Below are positions 41,857 through 52,703 of a stretch of DNA of 64,000 bases, piece after piece. The stretch is from Dehalococcoidia bacterium (GTDB lineage Bacteria; Chloroflexota; Dehalococcoidia; Lucifugimonadales; UBA3495), in contig CBDBFI010000002.1 in assembly GCA_965204805.1 (NCBI GenBank), positions 78,309 to 142,308 of the forward strand, given 5' to 3'. A program made the position numbers and the translations under genes. Position 1 is the stretch's first letter. The number at the start of each line of letters is the position of its first letter. The notes under the pieces were generated by a model. The model saw only the letters and a program-made list of their open reading frames with translations, did no database searches and had not been told where the DNA came from.

Positions 41857-43275
41857 TCACGGTGAAAGACTGGGGACCTGCTGGGGCTCACCAAGGTCAC
41901 CTACGGGCACCAGGGCGTAGCCCAATTGGGCTGCTCGTCGCTTGGCCGAGCGGAGGGCTCGCTGACGATACTGTTGTTCGTAGTATTCGGCACCGGCATC
42001 AACATATCCATGTCCATGCCGCAGCATGGAGTAGATGATCCGGGCCAGCTTGTGGGCCGTGGCGGTGATGGCCTTGGGTGCTCCCAAGTGGGCCTTCTTT
42101 CGCCGCAGGTAGGCGCCCAGAGCGCTGTCGGAGCGGTGCAGCGCATTGGCCGCCAGCCGCAGCGCCTTGGCTGCCCGGTTGGCGCTGGGCTTGGTCCGGG
42201 AACTGAGCACCTTCCCGCCGGTGATCCGGTTGTTGGGACTCAGCCCCAGCCAGGAGGCGAAGTGCCCGGCACTGGGCCACTTGCTCATGTCCGTTCCGAT
42301 CTCGCTGACCACCTTGAGCGCAGTGTAGGCTTCCACACCGTCGATGCGGGTCAGGTCCACTCCGGTCATACGGTACAGTTGGCCTTGGACATCGAAACGG
42401 GGTGCGTTCTTCTGATTGCGCTTCTTGCCGTTGGGAGCCGGAGGCTCACCATCGCTGCGATCCTCAAACCGCTCCAGCTGGGCCTCAATCTCCCGGTCGC
42501 ATTCGGCGATCTTGTCCTGATAGGTCCGGTACAGTTCCAGCGCTTGGGTCAGCTCGAAGAGATGCTCCTTCCGCCAGTGCCCCCGCAGCGACTTGGCGAT
42601 GGTCCTCTCGTCGGACTTGATCCTCGGGTCGCGCAGCTGTGCCAACCTGCGGGGACTCCTCTCGCCCCTGACTATGGTCTCGATGATGTCCATGCCGGTC
42701 TTGCCGGTGATGTCGCTGATCACGTGCTGCAGCTTCACGTTCATCTGTGTCAGGGCCTTCTGCATGTGCTGTACGTGCTGGGCGGCATGCTCAACCAGCA
42801 TGGCCCGCTGCCTCAGGTAGCTGCGCAGGCTGCGGATCTCATCCTCCGGCCGGAAGGCCCCCGACAGCAGGCCGTAGGTGTGCAGTTGCTGCAGCCACTG
42901 GCAGTCCAGCACGTCGGTCTTCCGGCCGGGCACGTTCTTGATGCGCCTGGGATCCACCAGCATCACCTCGAAACCCCGTTCCTCCAGAACCCCGAACAGC
43001 GGTATCCAGTAGCCCCCGGTGGACTCCATGGCCACCGTCTCTACTCCGCACTCCCTTAGCCAGTCGGCCAGGCGGTACAGGTCCGCCGTGAAGGCTTCGA
43101 ACTCCTGCACCGGCTGTTCCCACCGGTCTTCGGGAACCGCAACGAAATGGCTGGCGGCCCCCACGTCGATGCCGGCGGCGTTCAGATTTACTCGGGACAA
43201 CCCTGACGGCAGGCGCTCTCCACCCTCTCCAGTCGTTCCCTTTGCCTTTGCGGCTTCCTTGCCCGTGCTCATCAT
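41857..43275 (-). CDS. IS110-family DEDD transposase/recombinase
   Basis: GIDVG, MESTGGYW, KTDVLDCQW, FASWLGLSP, KAITATAHKLARIIY. Confidence 0.93.
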   Translation of the reverse strand: MMSTGKEAAKAKGTTGEGGERLPSGLSRVNLNAAGIDVGAASHFVAVPEDRWEQPVQEFEAFTADLYRLADWLRECGVETVAMESTGGYWIPLFGVLEERGFEVMLVDPRRIKNVPGRKTDVLDCQWLQQLHTYGLLSGAFRPEDEIRSLRSYLRQRAMLVEHAAQHVQHMQKALTQMNVKLQHVISDITGKTGMDIIETIVRGERSPRRLAQLRDPRIKSDERTIAKSLRGHWRKEHLFELTQALELYRTYQDKIAECDREIEAQLERFEDRSDGEPPAPNGKKRNQKNAPRFDVQGQLYRMTGVDLTRIDGVEAYTALKVVSEIGTDMSKWPSAGHFASWLGLSPNNRITGGKVLSSRTKPSANRAAKALRLAANALHRSDSALGAYLRRKKAHLGAPKAITATAHKLARIIYSMLRHGHGYVDAGAEYYEQQYRQRALRSAKRRAAQLGYALVPVGDLGEPQQVPSLSP

Positions 43276-43502
43276 TCCCCCTGCCATGAAGGCGTGGGCT
43301 TGTCGTCGGAGGGAGTCGACGACAGCGTATAACCTACCCAACGGGATCGCTTCCAGAGGAGCGTCACCAATGATGCCGCCTTCACAACTCCCCGACCATG
43401 CTATTGGATCGGGCGTTACGCACCAATGCCAACCCGGCCTCCATCCGGACGACAGGCCCCAAACGAAGATTACACCTTGGGACGCCATTGTCCAGTTAGT
43501 GG
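43276..43502 (-). ncRNA. Candidate IS110 bridge RNA region
   Basis: About 225-nt GC-rich non-coding end upstream of the transposase, with stems such as TGTCGTCG...CGACGACA. Inferred from IS110 biology. Confidence 0.55.
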
Positions 43503-43538
43503 CCTCTGCCCGGCCCGGCCACGGGCTTACCCTGCTAT

Positions 43539-44442
43539 GGACTAACTAAAGATGTCACGCCGTCACTAGGTCTGATCGGTGGGCCATCTCTACGGTCTGG
43601 ACATCGGGAATGGGCACCAACTGGTAGCCCAGTTGCGCCGCCCGACGCTTGGCCGTGTGCAAAGTCCTCTGGCGATACTGTTGCTCATAGTATTCCGCCC
43701 CGGCGTCCACATACCCCTGGCCGTAGCGCAGCATGGAGTAGATGATCCTGGCCAGCTTGTGCGCCGTGGCGGTGATGGCCTTGGGCGCTTCCAGATGGGC
43801 CTTCTTCCGGCGCAGGAAGGTGCCCAGGGCGTTGTCAGAGGGGTGCAGGGCGTTGGCCGCCAGCCGCAGCGCCGCCGCCCGGTTGGCGCTGGCCTTGGTC
43901 TTGGAGCTGATCACTCTGCCGCCGGTGATGCGGTTGTCGGGACTCAGCCCCAGCCAGGAGGCAAAGTGCTTGGCCGTCGGCCAGCGGCTCATGTCCGTCC
44001 CCACCTCGCTGATCACCTTCAACGCCGTGAGACCGTCCACCCCGTCTATGCGGGTCAGGTCCCCCCGGTCATCCGGTAGGGCTGGCCCTGGACATCGAAG
44101 CGCGGAGCGCGTTTCTGATTGCGCTTCTTGCCGTTGGGAGCCGGGGGTTCGCCGTCGCTGCGGTCTTCAAACCGCTCCAATTGGGCTTCAATCTCCCGGT
44201 CGCACTCGGCGATCTTGTCCTGGTAGGTCCGGTAAAGTTCCAGGGCCTGGGTCAGCTCGAAGAGGTGTTCCTTCCGCCAGTGCCCCTGTAGCGACTTGGC
44301 GATAGTCTTCTCGTCCGCCTTGGTCCGGCAGTTGCGGAGCCGGGCCAGCCTGCGGGGATTCCTCTCGCCCTGCACTATGGCCTCGATGATGTCCATGCCG
44401 GTCTTGCCGGTGATGTCGCTGATTACGTGCTGCAGCTTCACG
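43539..44442 (-). pseudogene. Second IS110 transposase, 5'-truncated and frameshifted
   Basis: Paralogous to the C-terminal part of 41857-43275; cut at 'VKLQHVISDITG' by an IS21 end. Confidence 0.85.
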
Positions 44443-44712
44443 TGTGAATTTTCAAGGTGTATAGGCCAGTAGAGCGGCAAATTTTCAGGAACTATCTATC
44501 AGATTTTCAAAGTCATTAGGCCACTTTGGGAGCCGCATCAACGACCATTGCCGCACTTCGGACTCGAGGTGCACAGCGATGGCATATCGGGAAGTTCCCA
44601 GAATGGAAATACAGGAAGTCATTCGCCGTTGGCAGGTGAGAAACAGCCTGAGGCACATTGCATCAGGCACCGGTCTTTCCAGGGACACGGTTCGAAAGTA
44701 CGTGGCGGCGGA
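44443..44712 (+). mobile_element. IS21 left end plus IstA N-terminal fragment
   Basis: TGTGAATTTTCAAG terminus with repeated ATTTTCA; 44579 'MAYREVPRMEIQEVIRRWQ...IASGTGLSRDTVRKY'. Confidence 0.7.
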
Positions 44713-44927
44713 TGTGATTGCTCTACGATTATGTCCTCAGTAATTTGCTCAGGGAAAATGTCCTTCTATGATGTCCTTCTATGAAGGACGTGACATTGAA
44801 CCAGAGAGAGCAAGCCAGACTCCAGGTACTCAACAGTGTGATGGAATATCAACTACCCAGGTCTCAGGCGTCCGAACTTCTGAGGATCAGTGAACGCCAG
44901 CTCCGGCGAGTCCTGGCAGCCTACCGG
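44713..44927 (+). mobile_element. ISNCY/IS1202-like left end plus transposase N-terminal fragment
   Basis: TGT end, ATGTCC repeats; 'LNQREQARLQVLNSV...ASELLRISERQLRRVLAAYR'. Confidence 0.65.
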
Positions 44928-45033
44928 AGGGCAGATCCCGCAGCCCGGGTCCTGTACACCGGCGGGGCGCAGTGCTATATTCCTGCTATTGCAGGTTTGC
45001 AGCATGCTAGTGAATCCGGCAGGGGCGTCCGCC

Positions 45034-45701
45034 ATGACCGTCATCGCCGTCTGCAACCAGAAGGGCGGCTCCGGCAAGACCACAATGGCCATCAACCTGG
45101 CTGGGGCCTTCGCGGCCGACGGCCTGGCCGTGCTGCTGGTGGACCTGGACCCCCAGGGCAGCGTCCTGGACTGGAGTTCGATACGGCCCGCTCTGTCGCC
45201 GCTCTTTCTGTCGCCACTCTTCGAGGTGGTGGAGATGGACCGGCCGGGACTGCTGCGTCAGGCCCGGGCCCTGCGGAGGAAGTACGGGGTGATCGTCATT
45301 GACTGCCCGGCGAAATTCACTGACACCACCTCGGCGGCGATCCGTGTCGCCGACTTCGTCCTGGTCCCGGTGCAGCCCAGTCCCTTTGACGTGTGGGCCT
45401 CCGACGCCGTGGCCGGGCTGGTCAGGGCCCGCCAGGAGGCGACTGGCGGGACACCCATGGCGGCCTGCGTGATATCCAGGGCCATAAACAACACGTCCCT
45501 GCAGCGCTCCATCGGGTCTGCCCTGGAGGGCTACGGCCTGCCGGTGCTGCACGCTGGCACCACTCAGAGGGTGGCCTACGCCACCACTGCGGCCCAGGGA
45601 AGGACGGTGTTCGAGGGAAGGGCCACGTGGCCCGCCGGGAGATGGAGGCGATCAGGGACGAGATCAAGGAGATGATTGATGGTGTTGAACCAGAGGCCTG
45701 A
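45034..45701 (+). pseudogene. parA: ParA copy with a 3' frameshift
   Basis: NQKGGSGKTT; CACGTGG versus CACGGTGG in copy 2. Confidence 0.8.
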
Positions 45702-45900
45702 GCGGCAACGCGCCGGGCGCGGCAGCGCGTCTGGCGCCGTGCAGGCGGACGTGCTCCGGGAGGAGACCCGGCAGTTGAACGTGGCGCTGCCGGTTGAGCT
45801 GCACCAGAGGCTGAAGGTAGCGGCGGCTCAGGAGGGCATCTCGGTGCGGGAATGGACTGCGCGGGCGGTGCTCTACTATTTTGCAAATGCAGGTAAATAG
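45676..45900 (+). CDS. Ribbon-helix-helix ParG-like protein (copy 1)
   Basis: 'RQLNVALPVELHQRLKVAAAQEGISVRE'. Confidence 0.75.
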   Translation: MMVLNQRPERQRAGRGSASGAVQADVLREETRQLNVALPVELHQRLKVAAAQEGISVREWTARAVLYYFANAGK

Positions 45901-46323
45901 CTTTGCAGTAATACAGGAACCCAGTTTGTATGGGCGTGTCCCTTCTGCACTGCAAATAGGAGCGGCCGCTGGAGTGATGCACACGGGGTTCGGGGACGGT
46001 TTCGGCCGGCTCTCTCCCCTGGGTGCATGGCCTGAGGTCATTTCGGATAACGGGAACACCCGCCTGTGGATAGACGATGCCGCGCTGCAGCCGGTGAGGA
46101 GCAGAGGAGCTGGTGCTGTTACTCCACAGGTACCCTTGTCGACCCGGGCAGCAGCTGCAGGACCCGCCACTGGTACTTCACAAGGATGACTTGGGAACCC
46201 AAAGAGGGCAGCGACACTCCGGCCGCAGGATAACGCTTAAGACCACGGCCAGTCACCAGCCGCTTCACCTTCCCTCCGAGCCACTCCGCGCCACCCTACC
46301 ATAGTTGCCATCATTGCCAAGCG

Positions 46324-46370
46324 CATTACAATACGCTATAATGTAATGTAATAGTTCGCTATACATTACA
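46324..46370. promoter_or_regulatory. Toxin-antitoxin promoter/operator
   Basis: CATTACA...TGTAATG and TGTAAT...ATTACA inverted repeats overlap a TATAAT box upstream of vapB. Confidence 0.65.
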
Positions 46371-46384
46371 ATGGAATATTTCGC

Positions 46385-46618
46385 ATGTACGAGTCCAGCA
46401 TAACCGTGAAGGGTCAGACCACCCTCCCCAAGGCAGTCAGGGATTCACTGGCTGTCAAAGCCGGTGACAAGGTCCGCTACGTTTTCCTGGACGAGGGGGT
46501 CCTCATCATGCCGGTGCGGCCCACAAGCAGCCTGTTCGGCATCCTGAAGTACGATGGACCAGCAGTAGCGCTGGAAGACATGGAGGATGCCATTGCTAAG
46601 GGAGCCACAGAGTCATGA
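46385..46618 (+). CDS. vapB: AbrB/MazE-type antitoxin
   Basis: 'SSITVKGQTTLPKAVRDSLAVKAGDKV'. Confidence 0.88.
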   Translation: MYESSITVKGQTTLPKAVRDSLAVKAGDKVRYVFLDEGVLIMPVRPTSSLFGILKYDGPAVALEDMEDAIAKGATES

Positions 46619-47013
46619 CCGCACTGGATACTAATGTAATCGTGCGGTACCTCGTGAAAGACAACGCCGAACAAGCGGAGACCGCCCGACAACTGCTGGA
46701 GAGCCTCACACCAACTCAACCAGGTTTCATCTGCCGGGAAGTGATGATAGAAGTGGCATGGGTACTGGAGCGAAGCTACCGTTTCGCAAGAACCCAGATT
46801 TCTGACGTATTGATGGAGTTGACGGCTGCGGACAATCTCGTCGTCGAGAACGCCGATGAAGTCGCCGTTGCCGCCCACCGCTACCGCCAAGGAGGCGTCG
46901 GCTTTTCCGATCTGATGATCCTTCAGACGACACAACGGATGGGGCACTCACCGCTCTACACTTTCGACCAGAAGCTGGACCGATTGCAAGGAGCGACTTT
47001 ACTCCTCCCATAA
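46615..47013 (+). CDS. vapC: PIN-domain toxin
   Basis: 'ALDTNVIVRYL', 'E..WVL', 'GFSD', 'YTFD'; ATGA overlap with the antitoxin. Confidence 0.9.
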   Translation: MTALDTNVIVRYLVKDNAEQAETARQLLESLTPTQPGFICREVMIEVAWVLERSYRFARTQISDVLMELTAADNLVVENADEVAVAAHRYRQGGVGFSDLMILQTTQRMGHSPLYTFDQKLDRLQGATLLLP

Positions 47014-47579
47014 AAGGAATAGCGGCATTTCCTCTGCTTTCAACACTTCCTGATCTTAAGGCTGAGACTCCGGTACTCGCCATCCGGCTGCCTGGGTCCT
47101 ATACACCGATGAGGTACACTGCTATATTCCTGCTATTGCAGGTTTGCAGTGTCATAGTGAGCCCGAGAGAGCGGGCATAGGGGCTGGGATTCGCTGCGGC
47201 CCTGCCCGTGAGGGACCGGTCGAAGAACACAACCATCTTCAGGAAAGGACACTCCTCACAGGCCGCAGCAGAGAGATCGAAAACCTCTCAGCCCAGTGCT
47301 GAGAACTGCCGATTGAGATCTCTGTCAGTACGGGGTGGAAGCCAGGGCTTTTCCGTTGGCTGGCCCTATATTCCTGCCATCATATGTTTGCAGGAATGTG
47401 TGGACACTGGCGGGCATCCCCTGCTCCATGCGGCCATTCCTCTGGGCGAGGGCCCCGCGAGGGGCGGCTCGGCAGGGCAGATCCCGCAGCCCGGGTCCTG
47501 TACACCGGCGGGGCGCAGTGCTATATTCCTGCTATTGCAGGTTTGCAGCATGCTAGTGAATCCGGCAGGGGCGTCCGCC

Positions 47580-48248
47580 ATGACCGTCATCGCCGTCTGC
47601 AACCAGAAGGGCGGCTCCGGCAAGACCACAATGGCCATCAACCTGGCTGGGGCCTTCGCGGCCGACGGCCTGGCCGTGCTGCTGGTGGACCTGGACCCCC
47701 AGGGCAGCGTCCTGGACTGGAGTTCGATACGGCCCGCTCTGTCGCCGCTCTTTCTGTCGCCACTCTTCGAGGTGGTGGAGATGGACCGGCCGGGACTGCT
47801 GCGTCAGGCCCGGGCCCTGCGGAGGAAGTACGGGGTGATCGTCATTGACTGCCCGGCGAAATTCACTGACACCACCTCGGCGGCGATCCGTGTCGCCGAC
47901 TTCGTCCTGGTCCCGGTGCAGCCCAGTCCCTTTGACGTGTGGGCCTCCGACGCCGTGGCCGGGCTGGTCAGGGCCCGCCAGGAGGCGACTGGCGGGACAC
48001 CCATGGCGGCCTGCGTGATATCCAGGGCCATAAACAACACGTCCCTGCAGCGCTCCATCGGGTCTGCCCTGGAGGGCTACGGCCTGCCGGTGCTGCACGC
48101 TGGCACCACTCAGAGGGTGGCCTACGCCACCACTGCGGCCCAGGGAAGGACGGTGTTCGAGGGAAGGGCCACGGTGGCCCGCCGGGAGATGGAGGCGATC
48201 AGGGACGAGATCAAGGAGATGATTGATGGTGTTGAACCAGAGGCCTGA
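47580..48248 (+). CDS. parA: Plasmid-type short ParA ATPase (type Ib)
   Basis: NQKGGSGKTT, DLDPQGS, VIDCP, PVQPSPFD. Confidence 0.92.
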   Translation: MTVIAVCNQKGGSGKTTMAINLAGAFAADGLAVLLVDLDPQGSVLDWSSIRPALSPLFLSPLFEVVEMDRPGLLRQARALRRKYGVIVIDCPAKFTDTTSAAIRVADFVLVPVQPSPFDVWASDAVAGLVRARQEATGGTPMAACVISRAINNTSLQRSIGSALEGYGLPVLHAGTTQRVAYATTAAQGRTVFEGRATVARREMEAIRDEIKEMIDGVEPEA

Positions 48249-48447
48249 GCGGCAACGCGCCGGGCGCGGCAGCGCGTCTGGCGCCGTGCAGGCGGACGTG
48301 CTCCGGGAGGAGACCCGGCAGTTGAACGTGGCGCTGCCGGTTGAGCTGCACCAGAGGCTGAAGGTAGCGGCGGCTCAGGAGGGCATCTCGGTGCGGGAAT
48401 GGACTGCGCGGGCGGTGCTCTACTATTTTGCAAATGCAGGTAAATAG
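48223..48447 (+). CDS. Ribbon-helix-helix ParG-like protein (copy 2)
   Basis: Same as copy 1; overlaps the parA 3' end. Confidence 0.78.
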   Translation: MMVLNQRPERQRAGRGSASGAVQADVLREETRQLNVALPVELHQRLKVAAAQEGISVREWTARAVLYYFANAGK

Positions 48448-49059
48448 CTTTGCAGTAATACAGGAACCCAGTTTGTATGGGCGTGTCCCTTCTGCACTGC
48501 AAATAGGAGCGGCCGCTGGAGTGATGCACACGGGGTTCGGGGACGGTTTCGGCCGGCTCTCTCCCCTGGGTGCATGGCCTGAGGTCATTTCGGATAACGG
48601 GAACACCCGCCTGTGGATAGACGATGCCGCGCTGCAGCCGGTGAGGAGCAGAGGAGCTGGTGCTGTTACTCCACAGGTACCCTTGTCGACCCGGGCAGCA
48701 GCTGCATCTCGTTGTGGGTTGAGTCCGTGAAACACCCGGTCAAGTGCGAAACCCGGGGATGCCACCGGAGAAAGCGTGTCTCCATCGAGGAGCTGAACTT
48801 CCCGCGCGAGCAATCCAGGAAATCAGGACAGCGTGCCGGTCTGATCTGCCCTGCCTGCGTCAAAAAGGCCTTCGACAATCCCGAGGAGTACGACCTCGAC
48901 ATTTCGTTGGGTGAGCTGGTGGTGGAAGCTGCCAAGGAGACGCCCAGGTGGAGAATCTGCTTCACTCCGGACGGTCTGCGTTGATCATCTTTGAGAAAAG
49001 ACGTCCGATGTCGCGCCGTCCCATCGGCGCGCACTGTTGGATCACTGGCTGAGCGGAAT

Positions 49060-49340
49060 GCCGACTCGACCAGGTCAATGCCCGGTCTGGTCATCAACGG
49101 TGGAGTAATCAGGGTGGTCCGGCCAATGGCGCCAGAGACCGGGGTAATCCGGCCCTGGTCCTGACGCCTGTGGCCCCAGGCAGCCACCTCGACGCGACAT
49201 CCGGATGGGCCATGGCCGCGCACAGTCTCGAGAGCTGGCAGCAGGTCATTGTCCGTGGGCATCATCACACCGGCGTCGTAAGCGCCCTGGAGTGCAGGTC
49301 TCGCGAGACCGACGTCCAGCGCCACACCGATACCCTTTCC
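49060..49340 (-). pseudogene. NYN-domain protein fragment
   Basis: 'KGIGVALD...GAYDAGVMMPTDNDLLPALE...VEVAAW'. Confidence 0.55.
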
Positions 49341-49344
49341 CTGG

Positions 49345-49961
49345 GTGTCGAGATGAGCTTCGCCGACTCGGGCGGCAACGGCGAGAGCGCGACCAGCGCG
49401 GTAGCACGCGAGATGAAGGGCAGGCGTCCCTCATCCCGTGTCGTAAGGGTGTAGTCATGACGGGTCGATATCCCGTTTGTCCGCACCCCCGATTCCAGGC
49501 AAGTAAACGGAACGTTCACGGACAGCATCAACCACCAGTACCGGGTGCTGGGCAGGAGGAGCCTGGGCGACGGCCCTTGGCTGGAACCGGTGACGTTCTC
49601 CATCGGCATGCTGCCGCTGTCAGGCCACTTCGTCCGCCTCGAAGATGATGAGTGACGCACCGGGCAGCTCTCCATCGGCACCAAAACGGCAGTGATGTTG
49701 GCGGCTCGGCCTGCACCCGCACCCTGGCGAGGTGGGGCATACCAGCAGGTGCGGGTGTCCTTCACAGGCGTCTTCATAGAGACTGGCGGCACGGTGACCC
49801 GGGCAAAGCTACTGGACAGGCCCGGCAACGCCACGGCGACGGTATCGTCACCATCATGCTGCCCGCCTGCGCGGACTGCGACGCCAAGGTCGCTATCCGT
49901 ACCAGCGATGGCAGGAAGCTGTCCAACCGCAACGAACTGACCGCCGGCGGGCCGGGGGATA
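49345..49961 (+). pseudogene. Decayed surface-protein C-terminus
   Basis: 'SFADSGGNGESATS' and 'VTIMLPACADCDAKVAIRTSDGRKLSNRNELT' in broken frames. Confidence 0.5.
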
Positions 49962-50662
49962 ATCATGGTCCGGTAGGGCATGCAGTCCGAGTCAGCGATT
50001 TTGGCTCGCTTTAAGTCCAGCGGTGACAACCTGATCCACGCTGTCGGCGCCGCACCCGAAAAATGAGCAGTCGAGCCGGGACAGCGAGGGCGTTCAAGAA
50101 AGGGGATACATACCCGCCGATTCAAGTCTTTCAGTGGTTCCGTCATCAGGTCACCAGCCACGGGAAGGCCGGGGTTGTCCCACGAACAGTCGCTGTCCTT
50201 CAAGTGATCCTTGTTGTAACTGCCCATACACCGGGCAACCAATCGGGTGTCCAGTAGGGCCACAGGGATTGAGTCGGGAATGGCACCTCCACTTGGAAGG
50301 CAGCCATTCGGACGCCAGCAAAAATGCTCGACGCCGACGCTCTTTTTCGGAGGACTTGAACGATGGACCAGCCTGCGACGGCGTCCGCGACATATACCTG
50401 TTCCGGTGACCGAAGGGAAGTCGATGTGCATCGATGTTGTCCAACTCGAGTGCAGCAGGAATGGCGAGCATAAGGTTCTCCTCAGGTTCAGAGACCCGGT
50501 TCCTGCCACAAATGGAATGCTACATAGCAACGATGGACCGGACGCAACCACGCTCCCCGGGGCCGTGCCAATTCATTCGTTGGAATCGACAGTGGCCCTA
50601 CACTCAGCAGGGACCCCTGTTGAACAACGAATCCGTTGCAGACCGGTTTAACGTTGCTGAAA

Positions 50663-51976
50663 CTAGTCGACTGATTCGTCTCCCACGGCTTTTTCCAAAT
50701 CGGCCCAGAACGGCTTCAGCATTTTCTCTTGCTCAACTGCCCCCACGAAGGTGCAACTTGCGTGCCAGGCTCCCACAGCTACACCGATACGCCCGCAGGT
50801 TACAGGGTCGCACACGATGTCCCCTGGCCTGGCCAACCGGGACACCAACCGCATGAGGCCGACCCCCAGCAACTGCGAGGCGTTCAGGCTCTGATGGACG
50901 TCCCAAGGCGATTCTTCCACGAAGTCGTCTCCGGCTATTATCCGCGTCTCTTTCTTCCCGTAAATGAGAATGGGCAGGCGCTTCACCCTACCCTGGTGGG
51001 GGTGTCCCAGGCGTCGCGTACGCTTGGGATGCCGGTAGTCGAACTCCGTCAGGAAATCCAGGTCCGTCCGGTTCAACCGGGACAGGATCTGTGGCAAGTG
51101 CTCGGCCTGCACCATCACCGCCATTACGCCATCGGGCGCCAGGGCATGCGCGGCAAAGGCGCCCAGGTCTTCGAAATGCGGGATGAAACGCTCCTCGGTC
51201 GGCGGAAAAGTGACGATGACCTGGACGCTCTTCGGCTGGATATGCTGATGGAGTTCGCTCACCTTGCAGGGCAAAACTGTTGTCGTCTCAGCGATGTCCC
51301 TGGTGAGAAAGCTGGCAGCGGCATCGGCGTGCGCGGACAGAGCTTCCCGGTCCGTTATCTGAGCCGCGGCAGCGCTCAAGTTCCTGGCATGTCCTTTGAG
51401 GACGGCGTTAAGAGCCGAAAGTTGTCGGTCTGGGGGGAGGTGGATGACCTTCAAGGCGTCGTTGATATTCACCTTGTCCGCAACGCAGGCCTGCTGAATT
51501 TCAGGAATGGCCCGACTGTCCGGGGAGAGCACGCGTTTGGCGTTTTTGATCATGGTAACGCTGACGCCGGCCGCGGCAGCGGCTTCCGCCTGGCTGAAAC
51601 CAGACAATTTTGTCTGATTTGTCTGATTTTCAGCCAGAGCAGGCCGACCCGGCTGGGAGTCCTCGGAAAGGAAGTGTGCGATCCGCGCACGCTGATTCTT
51701 GGTCAGGTCCCGCCGCATCAGGTTCTTGCTGACCACGAACTGGACCGGGTTAGCGTCATCTTCCAGGTCGGCAATGGTGGGAGTTATGCCCAGTTCATGG
51801 CAGGCTCTCAGGCGGTGTACTCCGTCAATGATCAGGCCGGCGTGGCGGGAAATCGGCTCCAGCTGGCCGTACTCTTCTATATTCCGCTTTAGCCTCTCAA
51901 AGGCCTGGTGCGTCAGGGGCGGGAAGATGGTCGCAAGGCTGCTTATCTCATGGCCGGCGATCTTCGTCATTTCCAT
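50663..51976 (-). CDS. ParB/Srx N-terminal domain + HTH + degenerate DNA-methyltransferase-like domain
   Basis: 'GQLEPI...IIDGVHRLRAC', 'NLMRRDLT..QRA', 'VIVTFPPT', 'RPGDIVCDPVTCG'. Confidence 0.75.
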   Translation of the reverse strand: MEMTKIAGHEISSLATIFPPLTHQAFERLKRNIEEYGQLEPISRHAGLIIDGVHRLRACHELGITPTIADLEDDANPVQFVVSKNLMRRDLTKNQRARIAHFLSEDSQPGRPALAENQTNQTKLSGFSQAEAAAAAGVSVTMIKNAKRVLSPDSRAIPEIQQACVADKVNINDALKVIHLPPDRQLSALNAVLKGHARNLSAAAAQITDREALSAHADAAASFLTRDIAETTTVLPCKVSELHQHIQPKSVQVIVTFPPTEERFIPHFEDLGAFAAHALAPDGVMAVMVQAEHLPQILSRLNRTDLDFLTEFDYRHPKRTRRLGHPHQGRVKRLPILIYGKKETRIIAGDDFVEESPWDVHQSLNASQLLGVGLMRLVSRLARPGDIVCDPVTCGRIGVAVGAWHASCTFVGAVEQEKMLKPFWADLEKAVGDESVD

Positions 51977-52703
51977 CGGAGGGCCTCCTGTCTCCAACAT
52001 TTGAGAGGTCCTTCAATTTTGCATCGAGTGGAGAAAGTGATTTCCCTTAACGGTCACCCGGCGAGATCACTTCCGGTTTCGGAGAATCCACGAGCTCGAA
52101 TTCGGTAAACGCCGGCCTGGCGAACGTGCACAAATGATGTTTCGGGTGGGATTGAGTACCAATCCGTGTGGCTGGTCGATGCCGGATGCCCGAACCATAC
52201 AGATAGGCCTTCCAATTGACGGGATGCCATCAGCCAGCTTGCTTGGACCTACGGTGTTGGTACCACTGCCTCTCACCTGGGCAGCTACTCCCCCGTGCTG
52301 CGCCGAATGGGGACAATGGGGTGTATGGCGTCCGAATTCAGCCACATTCTTGCTCGACATAAGTCGAGATGACCGACTGTACAGTCGAGTTCACGTTGGT
52401 GGACGGGCTTGCGGTAAGGCAACCTGCGAGGCTGCAGGATGGCGAAGCAGTGTTGTGGGGCGATGGAGATGTCTTCTGGAAGAAGACTTGTGCTCTGCCC
52501 GAGTCCCTGGAACAGCGGCGCCCCGCGCCGCCCGCAAGCCACCGTCCGGCAGTAAGCCCATAAGGAGTACGCCCATGTAACTGGCCCCAAGGGCCGGAAC
52601 CGCGCCCAGGGATGGCGCAGCAGGAAATAGCCTCAGTCATCAGCGACAGTGGACCGCACCGCCGGGTGCGGCCCATTCATTTACAACAGGAGCAAGAGAC
52701 AAA

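Larger units (their letters stand above)
41841..43502 (-). mobile_element. IS110-family element with 11-bp inverted repeats
   Basis: CCACTAACTGG (41841-41851) and CCAGTTAGTGG (43492-43502) bracket the transposase and its 5' non-coding region. Confidence 0.8.
44928..46159 (+). repeat. Direct repeat copy 1 (about 1.23 kb, par module)
   Basis: Matches 47474-48706; the only difference noticed is a 1-nt deletion near 45628. Confidence 0.9.
47474..48706 (+). repeat. Direct repeat copy 2 (par module)
   Basis: Matches 44928-46159. Confidence 0.9.

Noticed and set aside
43276-43488. N-terminal extension of the IS110 transposase from the ORF track
   Set aside because: It lies upstream of the likely RBS/ATG and the first DEDD motif; better explained as the non-coding end.
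49265-50551. 428-aa minus-strand ORF
   Set aside because: No recognisable motifs, and it is partly antisense to a decayed surface-protein gene; likely spurious, although 50000-50470 may hold a real gene fragment.
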